A stretch of 64,000 nt of DNA from contig CM075996.1 of assembly GCA_038087875.1 (NCBI GenBank), forward strand, positions 374,001 through 438,000. The letters are read 5' to 3'. Source of the DNA: Malacoraja senta (Eukaryota). Under the pieces are notes generated by a model. That model did no database searches. It was not told the DNA's origin and saw nothing but the letters and a program-made list of their open reading frames with translations. A program made the position numbers and the translations under genes. This document shows positions 1 to 12,135 of this stretch, piece by piece. Within the stretch, counting starts at the first letter, position 1. Each line of letters starts with the position of its first letter.

Positions 1-385
1 AAACTCAGCGGGTGAGGCAGCATCTATGGAGCGAAGGAAATAGGCGGCGTTTCGGGTCGACACCCTTCTTCAGACCGATGTGAGGGTGGTGGGGGGGAGG
101 GGGCGGGAAGAAGTAAGGAAGAGGCGGAGACAGTGGGCTGAGGGAGAGCTGGGAAGGGGAGGAGAAAGCAGGGACTACCTGAAATTGGAGGTCAATGTTC
201 ATACAGCTGGGGTGTAAACTGCCCAAGTGGAATATGAGGTGCTGCTCCTCCAATTTACGGTGGTCCTCACTCGGGCCATGGAGGAGGCCCAGGACTGAAA
301 GGTCGGATTCGGAACGGGAGGGGGGGGGGTTGAAGTGCTGAGCCACCGGGAGATCAGGTTGGTTATTGCGAACCGAGCGGAGGAC
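1..385 (-). mobile_element. Penelope-like element 3' fragment (GIY-YIG C-terminus plus pLTR)
   Basis: Minus ORF has LRSVRNNQPDLPVAQHFN...HRKLEEQHLIFHLGSLHP, followed by the CTGAAGAAGGG..CCCGAAAC motif. Confidence 0.85.
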
Positions 386-1054
386 CACCTGTGACAATAA
401 AGTTATCCTATTCATTATTCCAATGTGGCTGGTCCAAGACAAATAGCTGATGATAATCATTCCGTGAAGCTGTCGACAATCTCAACCTCCGTGCCGTCAA
501 TGTGTGTACTGATTCACTTCCCGAAGTCAGTCACAATCTCCTGTGTCTTGTTGGCATCGACACCTTGCCAAGGGCATGCCAGTTGAATCTTGGAGGCTCA
601 CCAAGGAGGCAAAATCAAACTGCTCTCAAACTGGTGCAATACCTTACTAATTACTGAGTTGGACATAGAAACATTGAAGCATAGAAAATAGGTGCAGGAG
701 GAGGCCATTCTGTTTGCTTTGGTGTTACCTTCACCCAGCTAACAACGATCTATTCCACCTTTTCCTTGATCTCCATTCCCTTGCTCCTGTTTTCACACCT
801 TACACATCCTTATCTATATACTCCCATAGAAACATAGAAAATAGGTGCAGGAGGAGGCCATTCGGCCCTTCGAGCCAGCACCGCCATTCATTGTGATCAT
901 GGCTGATCCTTTATCTATATACTTCCTTATCTATATACTTCCTTATCTATGTACCACCCACTCCCCTGACATCAGTCTGAAGAATGGGGGTCTCGACCCC
1001 ACATGTCACCCATTCCTTCTCTCCAGAGATGCTGCCTGTCCTGCTGAGTTACTC

Positions 1055-1254
1055 NNNNNNNNNNNNNNNNNNNNNNNNNNNNNNNNNNNNNNNNNNNNNN
1101 NNNNNNNNNNNNNNNNNNNNNNNNNNNNNNNNNNNNNNNNNNNNNNNNNNNNNNNNNNNNNNNNNNNNNNNNNNNNNNNNNNNNNNNNNNNNNNNNNNNN
1201 NNNNNNNNNNNNNNNNNNNNNNNNNNNNNNNNNNNNNNNNNNNNNNNNNNNNNN
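1055..1254. other. Assembly gap (200 N)
   Basis: Run of N. Confidence 1.
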
Positions 1255-1524
1255 AAAGAGAGTGAGAGAAGGAGAGTGAGAGAGGGGAGGGAGGGAGGGA
1301 GGGAGGGAGGGAGAGGGGGATGGAGGGAGGGGGGGAGAGAGAGAAAGAGGAAAGGGAAGAAAAGGGAGAGGAGAGAGAGGGGAGAGAGGAGAAGAGCAAG
1401 AGGGAAAGGGGAGAACTGGGAGAGAAAGAACGGGGGAGCGGGAGAATGGGGAAAAAGAGTGAGAAAGGGAGAGGGAGGGAGGGAAGAGGAAAGGGAGAGA
1501 AGGGGGAGAGAGAGAGAGAGACCG

Positions 1525-1559
<35 letters not shown>

Positions 1560-1618
1560 AACAGAGAGACAGAGACAGAGACAGAGAGAGAGACAGACAG
1601 AGAGAGAGACAGAGAGAC

Positions 1619-1673
<55 letters not shown>

Positions 1674-1692
1674 GAGACAGAGAGAGAGAGAC

Positions 1693-1745
<53 letters not shown>

Positions 1746-1886
1746 GATAGACAGAGAGAGAGACAGAGAGACAGAGAGAGAGAGAGAGACGAGAGAGAGA
1801 CAGAGACAGAAAGAGAGAGACAGAGAGAGAGACAGAGAGAGACAGAGAGAGAGAGACAGAGAGAGAGACAGAGAGAGACAGAGAGA

Positions 1887-1920
<34 letters not shown>

Positions 1921-1993
1921 CAGAGAGACAGAGAGACAGAGAGAGACAGAGAGAGAGAGAGACAGAGAGAGAGAGAGAGACAGAGAGAGAGAC

Positions 1994-2036
<43 letters not shown>

Positions 2037-2101
2037 CAGAGAGAGAGACAGAGAGAGAGAGACAGAGAGACAGAGAGAGAGACAGAGAGAGAGACAGAGA
2101 C

Positions 2102-2190
<89 letters not shown>

Positions 2191-2312
2191 CAGAGAGACA
2201 GAAAGACAGAGACAGAAAGACAGAGAGACAGAGAGAGAGAGAGACAGAGACAGAGAAAGAGAGAGACAGAGAGAGACACAGAGAGAGACAGAGAGAGACA
2301 GAGAGAGAGACA

Positions 2313-2356
<44 letters not shown>

Positions 2357-2633
2357 GAGAGACAGAGAGATAGATAGATAGATAGATATTTATTTGTTGT
2401 CATTTGAACCTAAGTTCAAACGAAATTTTGTTTCTGCAGTCATACAAACAAGTAAAAAGAACCAAGACAACACAATTTACACAAACATCCATCACAGAGA
2501 GAGAGAGAGAGAGACAGAGACAGAGAGAGACAGAGAGAGAGAGACAGAGAGAGAGACAGAGAGAGAGAGAGAGACAGAAAGAGACAGAGAGAGAGAGAGA
2601 GACAGAAAGAGACAGAGAGAGAAGAGAGAGAGA
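1255..2633 (+). repeat. Polypurine tract and compound (GA)n/(GACA)n/(GATA)n microsatellite (main block to ~2388, second block ~2495-2633)
   Basis: Directly visible. Confidence 0.98.
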
Positions 2634-3650
2634 GTTAAAGTGGGATTTCCTGAGCTCATAGCTCAGGCAGCTGAAGGCATGACTGCCAATGAGGGAATGG
2701 ACTAAATTCACTGCAAGATGTTCTGCCAACTGGTTACACCTCCACAGTTTCAGTCAATGATATTTATTTCTGGTAATTTCTCAGCGGCCATATCATCGTG
2801 AGTCGTTGGGGCGGACTGCTTGTGGCGAGGGGAGGGGTGGAAGTGAGGGAAGGAGGCAAGAGTGTGGGTAAGGGGGGTGTTGGGTAAACGTAGTGAAGGA
2901 ACAACGGAGGGGGAGAGAGAGAGATGGTGAGTAATGTATCACATGAAGAGCATGAGATATATCGAGGGCACGAGAGAAAGGCGGGGAGAGAGAAAGAGGG
3001 AGAGACACAGAAGGCTTTGCCACAGAAGGCTGTGGAGGCCAAGTTAGTGGATATTTTTAAGGCGGAGATAGATAGATTATTGATTAGTGCGGGTGTCAGG
3101 GGTTATGGGGAGAAGGCAGGAGAATGGGGTTAGGAGGGAGAGATAGATCAGCCATGATTGAATGGCGGAGTAGACTTGATGGGCTGAATGGCCTAATTCT
3201 GCTCCTATCACTTATGACATGACAAACAGCTGGAGTAACACAGCGGGACAGGCAGCATCTCCTGGAGAAAAGGAATAGGTGACGTTTCGGGTCAAGACCC
3301 TTCTTCAGAGCTGAAATGCCACCCATTCCTTCTCCAGCATTTTGTGTCTATCTTCGGTGTAAACCAGCCTCTGCAGTTCCTTCCTACACAAGAGGGAGGG
3401 GCAAGAGGGGGGGAGAGGGAAAAGACAGAAGTGGGAAGAAACCGGAACCAGGGGAGATACAGTAGGTTTAAGGTGAGAGGGGGAAGATTTAAGGGGCAAC
3501 ACAAGGTAGGAAGGAACTGCAGACGCTGGTTTACACCGAACATAGAACACAAAGTACTGGAGTAACTCAGCCCAAAGGCGTACAGGTTGGCAGGTCGATT
3601 GGCTTGGTGTAGATACAAAACTTGTCCCTCATGTGTGTAGGATAGTGTTA

Positions 3651-3877
3651 AAGGCCTGTCCCACTTTCACAACCTAATTCACGATCTTTTTTACTCATGG
3701 ACATTTTTCATCAGGCTAGAAAAACGCCCCGACCTACTTGACACCACGAGTACCTACGACTAGCATCACGGTCTGCTACGACCTACCTACGACCTCATGA
3801 CGACCATGCTGCGAGTATGTGTCAAGGGCAAACGCGGCAGAGGTCGTGAATTAGGTCGTGAAAGTGGGACCGGCCCT
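3651..3877. mobile_element. PIF/Harbinger-type MITE (internal family 1) in a SINE
   Basis: TIR A(A/G)GGCC(T/G)GTCCCACTTTCAC; TTA at 3648-3650 and 3878-3880 restores the host SINE sequence. Confidence 0.85.
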
Positions 3878-4687
3878 TTAATGTGCGGGGGGGGGGGGGT
3901 CGCTGGTCGGCGCGGACTCGGTGGGCCGAAGGCCCTGTTTCCGCGCTGTATCTCTAAACTGAGTTAAACCAAGAAGCCAGTAGGAAGAAAGCGGTGGGCG
4001 AGCGAGAGTAGAGAGATGGAGAAGATGATTCAAAATGAAGCAAGGCAGCGTTGGAAGGAAGTGAAGATCGGAACTGCAGAGCCTCCAACCCCTTGTAGAT
4101 TTGATCAGGAACACGTTTAATCTTCATTCACTCAAGAAGTCTCACGATTCACTGCTTGAAACACCATTAGACACGAGTCTATTAGAATTCCCAGCTACAC
4201 CATTTTGAATGTGAGATCAGGCCTCGGCAATGACTACGTTCCTGCCTGTGACAGTTCCAATGTAATCTTAAATATTTAATACTCACTGTTGACTTAAGGT
4301 CCCTGAACTGAATTTGCACGGTCACCATAACAACCAGGGCCCACGGGGAATCTTTAAGTTCAAGCAAATTACGTGGTGAAAAACTCTGGCAATAAACCCG
4401 GGAGATCGTCATAGTGAAGACAGACACTAAACATATAAATGCAGGAAAAATGTTCCCCGTGTTGGGGGAGTCCAGAACCAGGGGGTCACAGTGTAAAGAA
4501 TAAGGGGGAGCCCATTTAGGACTGAGATGAGGACAACTTTTTCACCCAGAGAGTTGTGCATCTGTGGAATTCTCCGCCACAGAAGGCAGTGGAGGCCAAT
4601 TCACTGGATGTATTCAAGAGAGAGTTAGATGTAGCTCTTGGGGCTACCGGAATCGAGGATATGGGGAGAAAGCAGGAATGGGGTACT

Positions 4688-5368
4688 ATTTATTTTATTT
4701 AGCGAATGCAAAGTCCTTTAGCCAAGCAGTTGCCTCTTGATCTGCTGTATGAAGGGTGACAAGTCCTCCTTTAAGCCTTTTTTGAGGGCATGCTTCAATG
4801 ATGTGTTGCATTGTTTGCTGCTCTCCACAAGCACACCGTGGGGTTGGGCTGCTGCCCCATTTGTGAAGGCTGGCCAAGCAGGGGCCATGTCCAGTCCTGA
4901 ATCTATTCAGCGTCGTCCACTGCCTCCTATGGGAGATTGGTGCCAGGGACCGGTGGGGTTGGGTCTGACACCAGATGTTTACTTGGGACGTCCTTGGACT
5001 CCCATTCCTTTTTCCAAGCTGATTGGGTGGTGAAATCAGCTGGTGGTGGGTTCTTCCAAATTGGTCGTCTAGATGAAGTCGAGCAGTGGGGTGGGTTGAG
5101 ATGTCCGTGTGAATTGGCAGATGAGGGAGTTTTTGGTCTTTTGGAGCATCCTTTGAGTGAGGGCTACTCGCCGGATGTGTGGAGGGGCTATGTTGGGATA
5201 GGACAGGGAGCCAGGGGAGTGGTGGTTGAGCGGATTGTTCCTGTGATGATCCTCATTGTTGAGTTCAATTGGGTGTCCACATGGTGTGTGTGGGATGACC
5301 TGGACCAAACAGGGGCGCGATATTCGGCTGAAGAAAATGCAAGGGCTAGTGCTGAAATACGCAGTGTG
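4688..5368 (-). mobile_element. Vingi/Ingi-like LINE 3' fragment inserted in a CR1 tail
   Basis: Minus strand encodes LRISALALAFSSAEYRAPVWSRSSHTHHVDTQLNSTMRIITG...NIAPPHIRR (frameshifted) and C-terminal LHKWG..CACGEQQTMQHIIEACP..GGL..LH..WL, then a short TAAAA tail. Confidence 0.75.
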
Positions 5369-6208
5369 GGGCTGATTGGGGATGATCAGCCATGATCATT
5401 TTGAATGGCTGTGTTGGGCTCGAAGGGCCGAATGGCCTACTCCTGCACCTGTTGTCTATTCACCTTATCTACTTCTCTCACGTAAGTTCTCCCCTAGTTA
5501 GTGGGGAGTCGATGTGAAGGTGGGAACTAGTGTGAACGGGTGATCGGTGGTTGGCGTGGACGCGGTGGTGCCAAAGGGCTTGTCTCCACACTTTGGCGCG
5601 GCACGGTGGTGAAGCGGCAGAGCCGCCTCCTTACAGCATCAAGATCCAGGTTCGGGCGCTGTCTGTGCGAGGTTTGCACCTTCTCCCGTGACTGCGTGGG
5701 TTTTCCACGGCGCTCCGGTTCCCCCCACACTCCAAAGACGTGCAGGGTTTTTTTTGCATCGAATCAACCAAGATGGAGCAATAACTTAGCTATTAATTCC
5801 TCATGGGATTAGGCACGCAAAAAATTAAAATTTAAAAAACACAAGTCATTTAGAAACCATGAACTGAGCAGGTCTAGAGAAGATAATGGAAACTGATGCT
5901 TGGTAATATTGCGGAAAGGTTACCTCCATTCAACCCAGCCATTTGGATATTAATCATAGACCATGACTTTCACGTTGATAAATGTTAGGGGCAGATTCCT
6001 CATATCTTAAGTACACCGTTCTTGGAGTGAATGTCCTTTTAAAAAAAGTAGCTGAATTTTGTATGAATTTAATTTAATTTTAATTCAGTCTGAAGAAGGG
6101 GTCTCGACCCGAAATGCCGCCAATTCCTTCTCTCCACAGATGCTGCCTCGCCCCGTTGATTTTCTTCAGCATTTTGTGTCCAGCTTAATTTAGCGGGCGG
6201 CTTAATTG

Positions 6209-6470
6209 TGGGCGGCAAGGTGGTGCAGCGGTGGAGTTGCTGCCTTACAGCGCCAGAGACCCGGGGTTCGGTCCCGACTGCGGGTGCCTGTCTGCGTGGA
6301 GTTTGCACGTTCTCTCCAGTTTCCTCCCACACTCCAAAGACGTACAGTTTGGAGGTTAATTGCCTTTTGTAAAATCGTAAATCATCCCTTGTGTGTAGGA
6401 TAGTGCTGGTGTAAGGGGTGATCGCGGACTCGGTGGGCCGAAGGGCCTGTTTCCATACCGTGCCTCCAAA
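6209..6470 (+). mobile_element. HE1-like V-SINE
   Basis: Head, V-domain and tail as at 52491-52801. Confidence 0.85.
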
Positions 6471-7805
6471 ATAACACGGGTTTCATCCTTTAATGTTGTA
6501 TATCTCTAAATTAAACGACTTTAGTTTAGTTCGGAGAGATACAACATGGAAACAGGCCATTCAGCCCACCAGGTCCATGCTGGCCATTAATCACACATTC
6601 GCACAAGTTATCCCATTGCAACTTAGAGGGCAATTAACGTACAAACCTGCACATCTTTGGGATGTTGCCACGACTAGTTCATATTTAGTTCTAGGCTCAC
6701 CCACTTCCGCATCCCACTCCCTGCACATCAGAGTAGTTTTTACAGAGGGCCGATTAGCCTACGAACCCGCACGTCTTTGGGATGTGGGAGGAAAGTGGGG
6801 CGCCCGGAGGAAACCCACACAGTCACAGGGAGAACATGCAAACACCAAGCAGATAGCACCCGAGGTCGGGATCGAACCGGAGTCTCAGGTGCTGTAAGCA
6901 GCAGCTCTACCCACTGCACCACCATTCTCACCCTTCCTGATGTCCTGGCCCCAACACTGACCCCCACAACCCTCAACTCTGGACAGAGTGGATGTGGAGA
7001 GGATGTTTCCACTAGCGGGAAAGTCCAGGACCAGAGGACATAGCCTCAGAATTAAAAGACGTTCCATTAGTAAGGAGATGAGGAGGAATTTCTTTAGGCA
7101 GAGGGCGGTGAATCTGTGGAATTCATTGCCACAGACGGCTATGGAGGCCACGTCAATGGATATTTGAAAGGCAGAGATACTACAGATAAATTCTTGATTA
7201 GTACGGGTGTCAGGGGTTACGGGAGAAGGCAGAGAATGGGGTTGAGAGGGAAAATAGATCAGCCAGGATAGAAGGGCGTTGATGGGCTGAATGGCCTTAT
7301 TCTGCTCCTATCACTTGTGAATTTATGAACTTGGGCCAGCACGGTGGCGCAGCGGTAGCATTGGTGCCTTACCAGGGTTCGATCCTGGCTATGGCAGTCT
7401 GTCTGTACGGAGTTCGCACGTTCTCCCCGTGACCACGTGGGTTTTCTCCGAGAACTTCGCTTTCCTCCCACACTCAAAGGCGTGCAGGTTTGTAGGTTAA
7501 TTGGCTTCGGGTAGAAGTGTAAATTGTCCCTAGTGTGTGTGGGTAAGGGTGTCTGTTTAGTGTTCAGCCATGAGCGAATGGCGGTGCGGGCTCGATGGGC
7601 CTGGTGGTCTACTCTCGCACCTACTTTCTATGTTTCTATGTTTCTATGACTCGGTGGGCCGAAGGGCCTGTATTCCGTGCTGTATCTCTAAACTAAACTA
7701 AACTAATGAATGCCAATGCACATTATTAGCCATCATCTGAACGCTGATGACACTGAGTCTCAGTAGCTCCTGGAACGCTTCAGGATATCCTGAGGCAACA
7801 TATTA

Positions 7806-8932
7806 ATGTGTGGGAAGGAACTGCAGATGCTGGTTTAAACCGAAGATAGACACAAAAAGGCTGCAGGAACTCAGCGGGACAGGCAGCGTCTCTGGAGAGA
7901 AGGAATAGGTGACGTTTCGGGTCGAGAACCCTTCTTCAGACTGATGTCAGGGGAAAGTGAAATGACGGAGAGAGACGGTGACGTAGAGAGATGGGGAACA
8001 AATGAATGAAAGACATGCAAACAAAAAGTGACGATGATGAAGAGAACAGGCCATTGTTAGCTGTGGCCTAGGTGAAAACGAGTTACAGACAATGAGACTC
8101 AACACAGCGGCTTCACGATACGATACGATAGAACCTTAATTATCCCAGGAGGGAATTTGGTCAAAGTTTTGAAGCTGGTACAGCGACTTGGATGGGGGAG
8201 GGGGGAGGGATGGAGAGAGAGGGGGGTGCAAGGCTTTCTGCAGGTTAGAGAAATCAATATTCATACCGCTGGGTTGGTAATCTATAGCATCCGCTGCTCC
8301 AGATGTCAGCTGATCTACATCGGCGAGACCAAGCGTAGGCTTGGCGATCATTTCGCCGAACACCTCCGCTCGGTCCGCATTAACCAACCCGAACTCCCGG
8401 TGGCTCAGCACTTCAACTCCCCCTCCCATTCCGAATCTGACCTCTCTGCCCTGGGCCTCCTCCATGGCCAGAGTGAGCACCACCGGAAACTGGAGGAGCA
8501 GCACCTCATATTCCGCTTGGGCAGTCTGCACCCTAGCGGCATAAACATTGACTTCTCCAATTTCCGGTAGCCCTTGCTGTCTCCTCCCCTTCTCAGCTTC
8601 TCCCTCAGCCCTCGGGCTCCTCCTCTTCCTTCTCCTTCCCGCCCCCCCGTCCCCCACCCTCACATCGGTTTCGGCCCGAAACGTTGCCTATTTCCTTCGC
8701 TCCATAGTTGCTGCCGCACCCGCTGAGTTTCTCCAGCACTTTTGTCTACCTCCGCTGGGTTGTAAGCTGCCGAAGCGAAAATGAAGGGTGCTGTTCCTCC
8801 AATTTTGCGTTTGGGCCCGAGTCTGATCATGAGGAGGCCCAGGACAGAAAAGTGGGTGTGGGAATGGGAGGGGGGGTGGAGTTAAAGCAACCGGGAGATC
8901 AAGTAGGCCCGGCGCGGACTGAGCGAAGGTGT
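7806..8932 (-). mobile_element. Penelope-like element (subfamily A) 3' fragment, host of the 8277-8751 insertion
   Basis: GGAAGGAACTGCAGATGCTGG... end, reverse hammerhead motif near 7912-7940, antisense GIY-YIG tail resuming after 8762. Confidence 0.8.
8277..8751 (+). mobile_element. 5'-truncated Penelope-like element (subfamily B) with GIY-YIG endonuclease C-terminus, 11-bp TSD
   Basis: VIYSIRCSRCQLIYIGETKRRLGDHFAEH..VAQHFN (GIY-YIG with the CCHH motif typical of PLEs), stop at 8570. CCGCTGGGTTG duplicated at 8266-8276 and 8752-8762. Confidence 0.9.
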
Positions 8933-10037
8933 TAATGCGTGCACTCCCTTCGTTGAACCACCGCGTGCTGCGTGCTCTGTAGCTGCGCCGGCCCGAGGCC
9001 CGGAGACTTTCTCCTGCAGCGTTGGGTGTGCGTGGGAGCGTCAGTGATCCGCGCTGGCGATTATCCCCACGAATCCGCGCGGGAGCAGGTGGGAATTGTG
9101 TTTACCTCAATCGGCCGGAATACAATCGAGCATAAAACTATCAAGCGGAATACAATGCAGGAACAATGTTCCCAATGTTGGGCGAGTCCAGAACCAGGGG
9201 CCGCAGTCTTAGAATAAAGGGGAGGTCATTTAAGACTGAGGTGAGAAAAAAAAGCTTTCACCCAGAGAGTTGTGAGTTTGTGGAATTCCCTGCCACAGAG
9301 GGCAGTGGAGGCCAAATCACTGTATGGATTTAAGAGAGAGTTAGAATAGCTCTAGGGGCTAGTGGAATCAAGGGATATGGGGAGAAGGCAGGCACGGGTT
9401 ATTGATTGGGGGACGATCAGCCATGATCACAATGAATGGCGGTGCTGCTCGAAGGGCCGAATGGCCTCCTCCTGCACCTATTTTCTATTTTTCCATGAGC
9501 ATCTTCTTAAATTAACGGCCTACAGACTGTGGGCTCCTAAACCCAAGTGGTTATTTGAATGCGCAAGAAAGGGCTTGTTGAATTTAGCTATCTGGAGCTT
9601 TACACTAACTCTGACAGATGATTATCTCCAGGGCCTTGTTGCCTGCCAAGTATTCCCGCTGAAGATAGACAGAAAAGCTGAAGTGACTTCAGTTGCAACC
9701 AGCATCTGCACTTCCTTCCTACACAAGTCTTGCCTACTCTTGCTCTTAAAATAAAGTCATGACGTTGCCCGTGGCAACACGTGCTGGGAACCTGATTAAA
9801 TTATTGAGAGCGCACTGATCCCGGGATCAGAGAGGAACAACAGCAACTGTGTTTATACATCACCTATAATGAAGTAAAATATCCCAGGGTGCATCTGTCA
9901 AGCAAGATTTGATGATGGATTCACACAAGTCAGCTGTGGCTCAGTGGGAAGAGCTCATTGCCTCCAACTGCCAGACTTTAAGTCAGGGTGGAAGAAATCT
10001 AGACGGCACTTAACACAGACCTGCTTTCGGAGATGGC

Positions 10038-10530
10038 GATACAGCGTGGAAAAGGGCCCTTCGGCCTAGCGAATCTTCAATCCGGCAACCTCCTGATATC
10101 CTGGAACAGTTTTCCCCAAGGATGCTCGCTCAGTTTTGAGATACAGCATGGAAACAGGCCCTTCGGCCCAGCAAATCTTCAATCCGGCAACCTCCTGATA
10201 TCCTGGAACAGTTTTCCCCCAAGATGCTCGCTCAGTTTGAGATACAGCATGGAAACAGGCCTTCGGCCCAGCGAATCTATTGCTATCCCGGAAGAGTTTT
10301 CCCCAAAGATGCTCGTTCAGTTTTGAGAGACAGCATGGAAACAGGCCCTTCGGCCCAGCGAATCTACTGCTATCCCGGAAGTTTTCCCCAAAGATGCTCG
10401 TTCAGTTTTGAGAGACAGCATGGAAACAGGCCCTTCGGCCCAGCGAATCTACTGCTATCCCGGAACAGTTTTCCCCAAAGATGCTCGCTCAGTTTTGAGA
10501 TACAGCATGGAAACAGGCCCTTCGGCCCAC
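10038..10530 (+). repeat. Tandem repeat, ~5 units of 85-102 bp built from a SINE 3' tail plus flank
   Basis: GA(T/G)ACAGC(A/G)TGGAAA.. unit starts at 10038, 10140, 10241, 10327, 10412 and 10499. Confidence 0.9.
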
Positions 10531-11251
10531 CGGGTCTGTTCCGATCACCCGTTCACACTCGTTCTATGTCCTGCACACTAGGGGGAGATTTACACAGAGG
10601 ACCACTCAACCTACAAAGCCCGTACGTCTTTGGGATGTGGGGCGGTGGGGGATACCGGAACACCCGTGCAATCTGCGCCCTTCAGACCTTGAACGACCGG
10701 TTTATGGGAACAATTTTGCTCTATTCCACTTCCATTGCGTCGTGATATTCTCGTACAAGCAGCTGAGGAATAGCAATCACTTAAAACACCATTTTATTGA
10801 AGGCAGCAACTCTCAACTAACAATGCATCAAAAGTTATAGCACAGGGGATTCTCAGTTCTTAAGGGTACACTTCCACTTATACATACTGCACTATTTACC
10901 CAGCCTTTTACGCTCTGGTCTCAGTCACTTCGTGTTCGAGGGAGGCATCAATACATTTTTATATATATTATTATGAGAATCGAGGATTAAGGGAGTAAGA
11001 ATTATGAGCCTGACTCGGCTATCCCATCAAACTCGCTCTGCCATCTGTTAGGATTATGGCCCTTTCATCTCTATTCCCACATCCCTCGATTCCCTTCAAT
11101 GTTGTCTCACCGCTCCAGAGTCCCCGGTTTGATCCTGACCCCGGCTGCCACGCTGTGCGGAGTTTGCACGTTGCCCCCCCCCCCCCCCCCGACCGCGTGG
11201 GTTTCCTCCGGGTGCTCCGGTTTCCTCCCTCATCCTCCGGTTTCCTCCCTC

Positions 11252-11708
11252 ATCATAAGCTGAGAGAATGGAGCGGCTGGGCTTGTACACTCTGGAGTTT
11301 AGAAGGATGAGAGGGATTCTCATTGAAGCATATAAGATTGTTAAGGGTTTGGACATGCTAGAGGCAGGAAACATGTTCCCGATGTTGGGGGAGTCCAGAA
11401 CCAGGGGCCACACAGTTTAAGAATAAGGGTTAAGCCATTTAGAACGGAGACGAGGAAACTTTTTCTCACAGAGAGTTGTGAGTCTGTGGAATTCTCTGCC
11501 TCAGAGGGCGGTGGAGGCCGGTTCTCTGGATGCTTTCAAGAGAGAGCTAGATAGGGCTCTTAAAGATAGCGGAGTCAGGGGATATGGGGAGAAGGCAGGA
11601 ACGGGGTACTGATTGGGGATGATCAGCCATGATCACATTGAATGGCGGTGCTGGCTCGAAGGGCCAAATGGCCTACTCCTGTACCTATTGTCTATTGTCT
11701 ATTGTCTA
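11252..11708 (+). mobile_element. CR1 LINE 3' fragment
   Basis: Same family as 29409-30017 with (CTATTGT)n tail. Confidence 0.9.
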
Positions 11709-11814
11709 AGGTCGTTTCGGGTTTGTAGACTAATGGTCCTCGTTGGTGTCGTGTAGGGAGAGGATGCGAAGTGAGACAATGAAGAACTTGTGCGAAACTT
11801 TTGGCCTGGAGTTT

Positions 11815-12135
11815 TGTTCGAGATGCAGCATGGAAACAGGCCCTTCGGCCCACCGGGTCCACGCCGACCATTGATCACCCGCTCACGCTAGTTCTATGTT
11901 GTCCCATATTTCACTTCCACTCCCTGCACACTAGGAGCAATTTCACAGCGGGCCAATTAACCTACAAACCCGCACGTCTTTGGAATATCGGAGGAAACCG
12001 GAGCACCCGGAGAAAACCCACGTGGTCACAGGGGGGAAGATACAAACTCCATACAGACAGCACCCGTGGTCAGGATCGAACCGGGGTTTCCGACGCTGTG
12101 AGGCAGCGACTCTACCAGCTACGCCACCGTGCCGC
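11815..12135 (-). mobile_element. HE1-like V-SINE
   Basis: Reverse complement of the family consensus. Confidence 0.85.

Noticed and set aside
972..2729. Long ORFs of 350-465 aa (SLSL/ERER)
   Set aside because: Translations of the GA/GACA microsatellite and the N gap.
8157..8570. Host GIY-YIG nuclease gene
   Set aside because: 5'-truncated PLE bounded by a TSD; the ORF start lies in an antisense repeat.
10038..10530. CRISPR-like repeat array
   Set aside because: Whole units repeat with no unique spacers, they derive from a SINE tail, the context is eukaryotic, and no cas genes are present.
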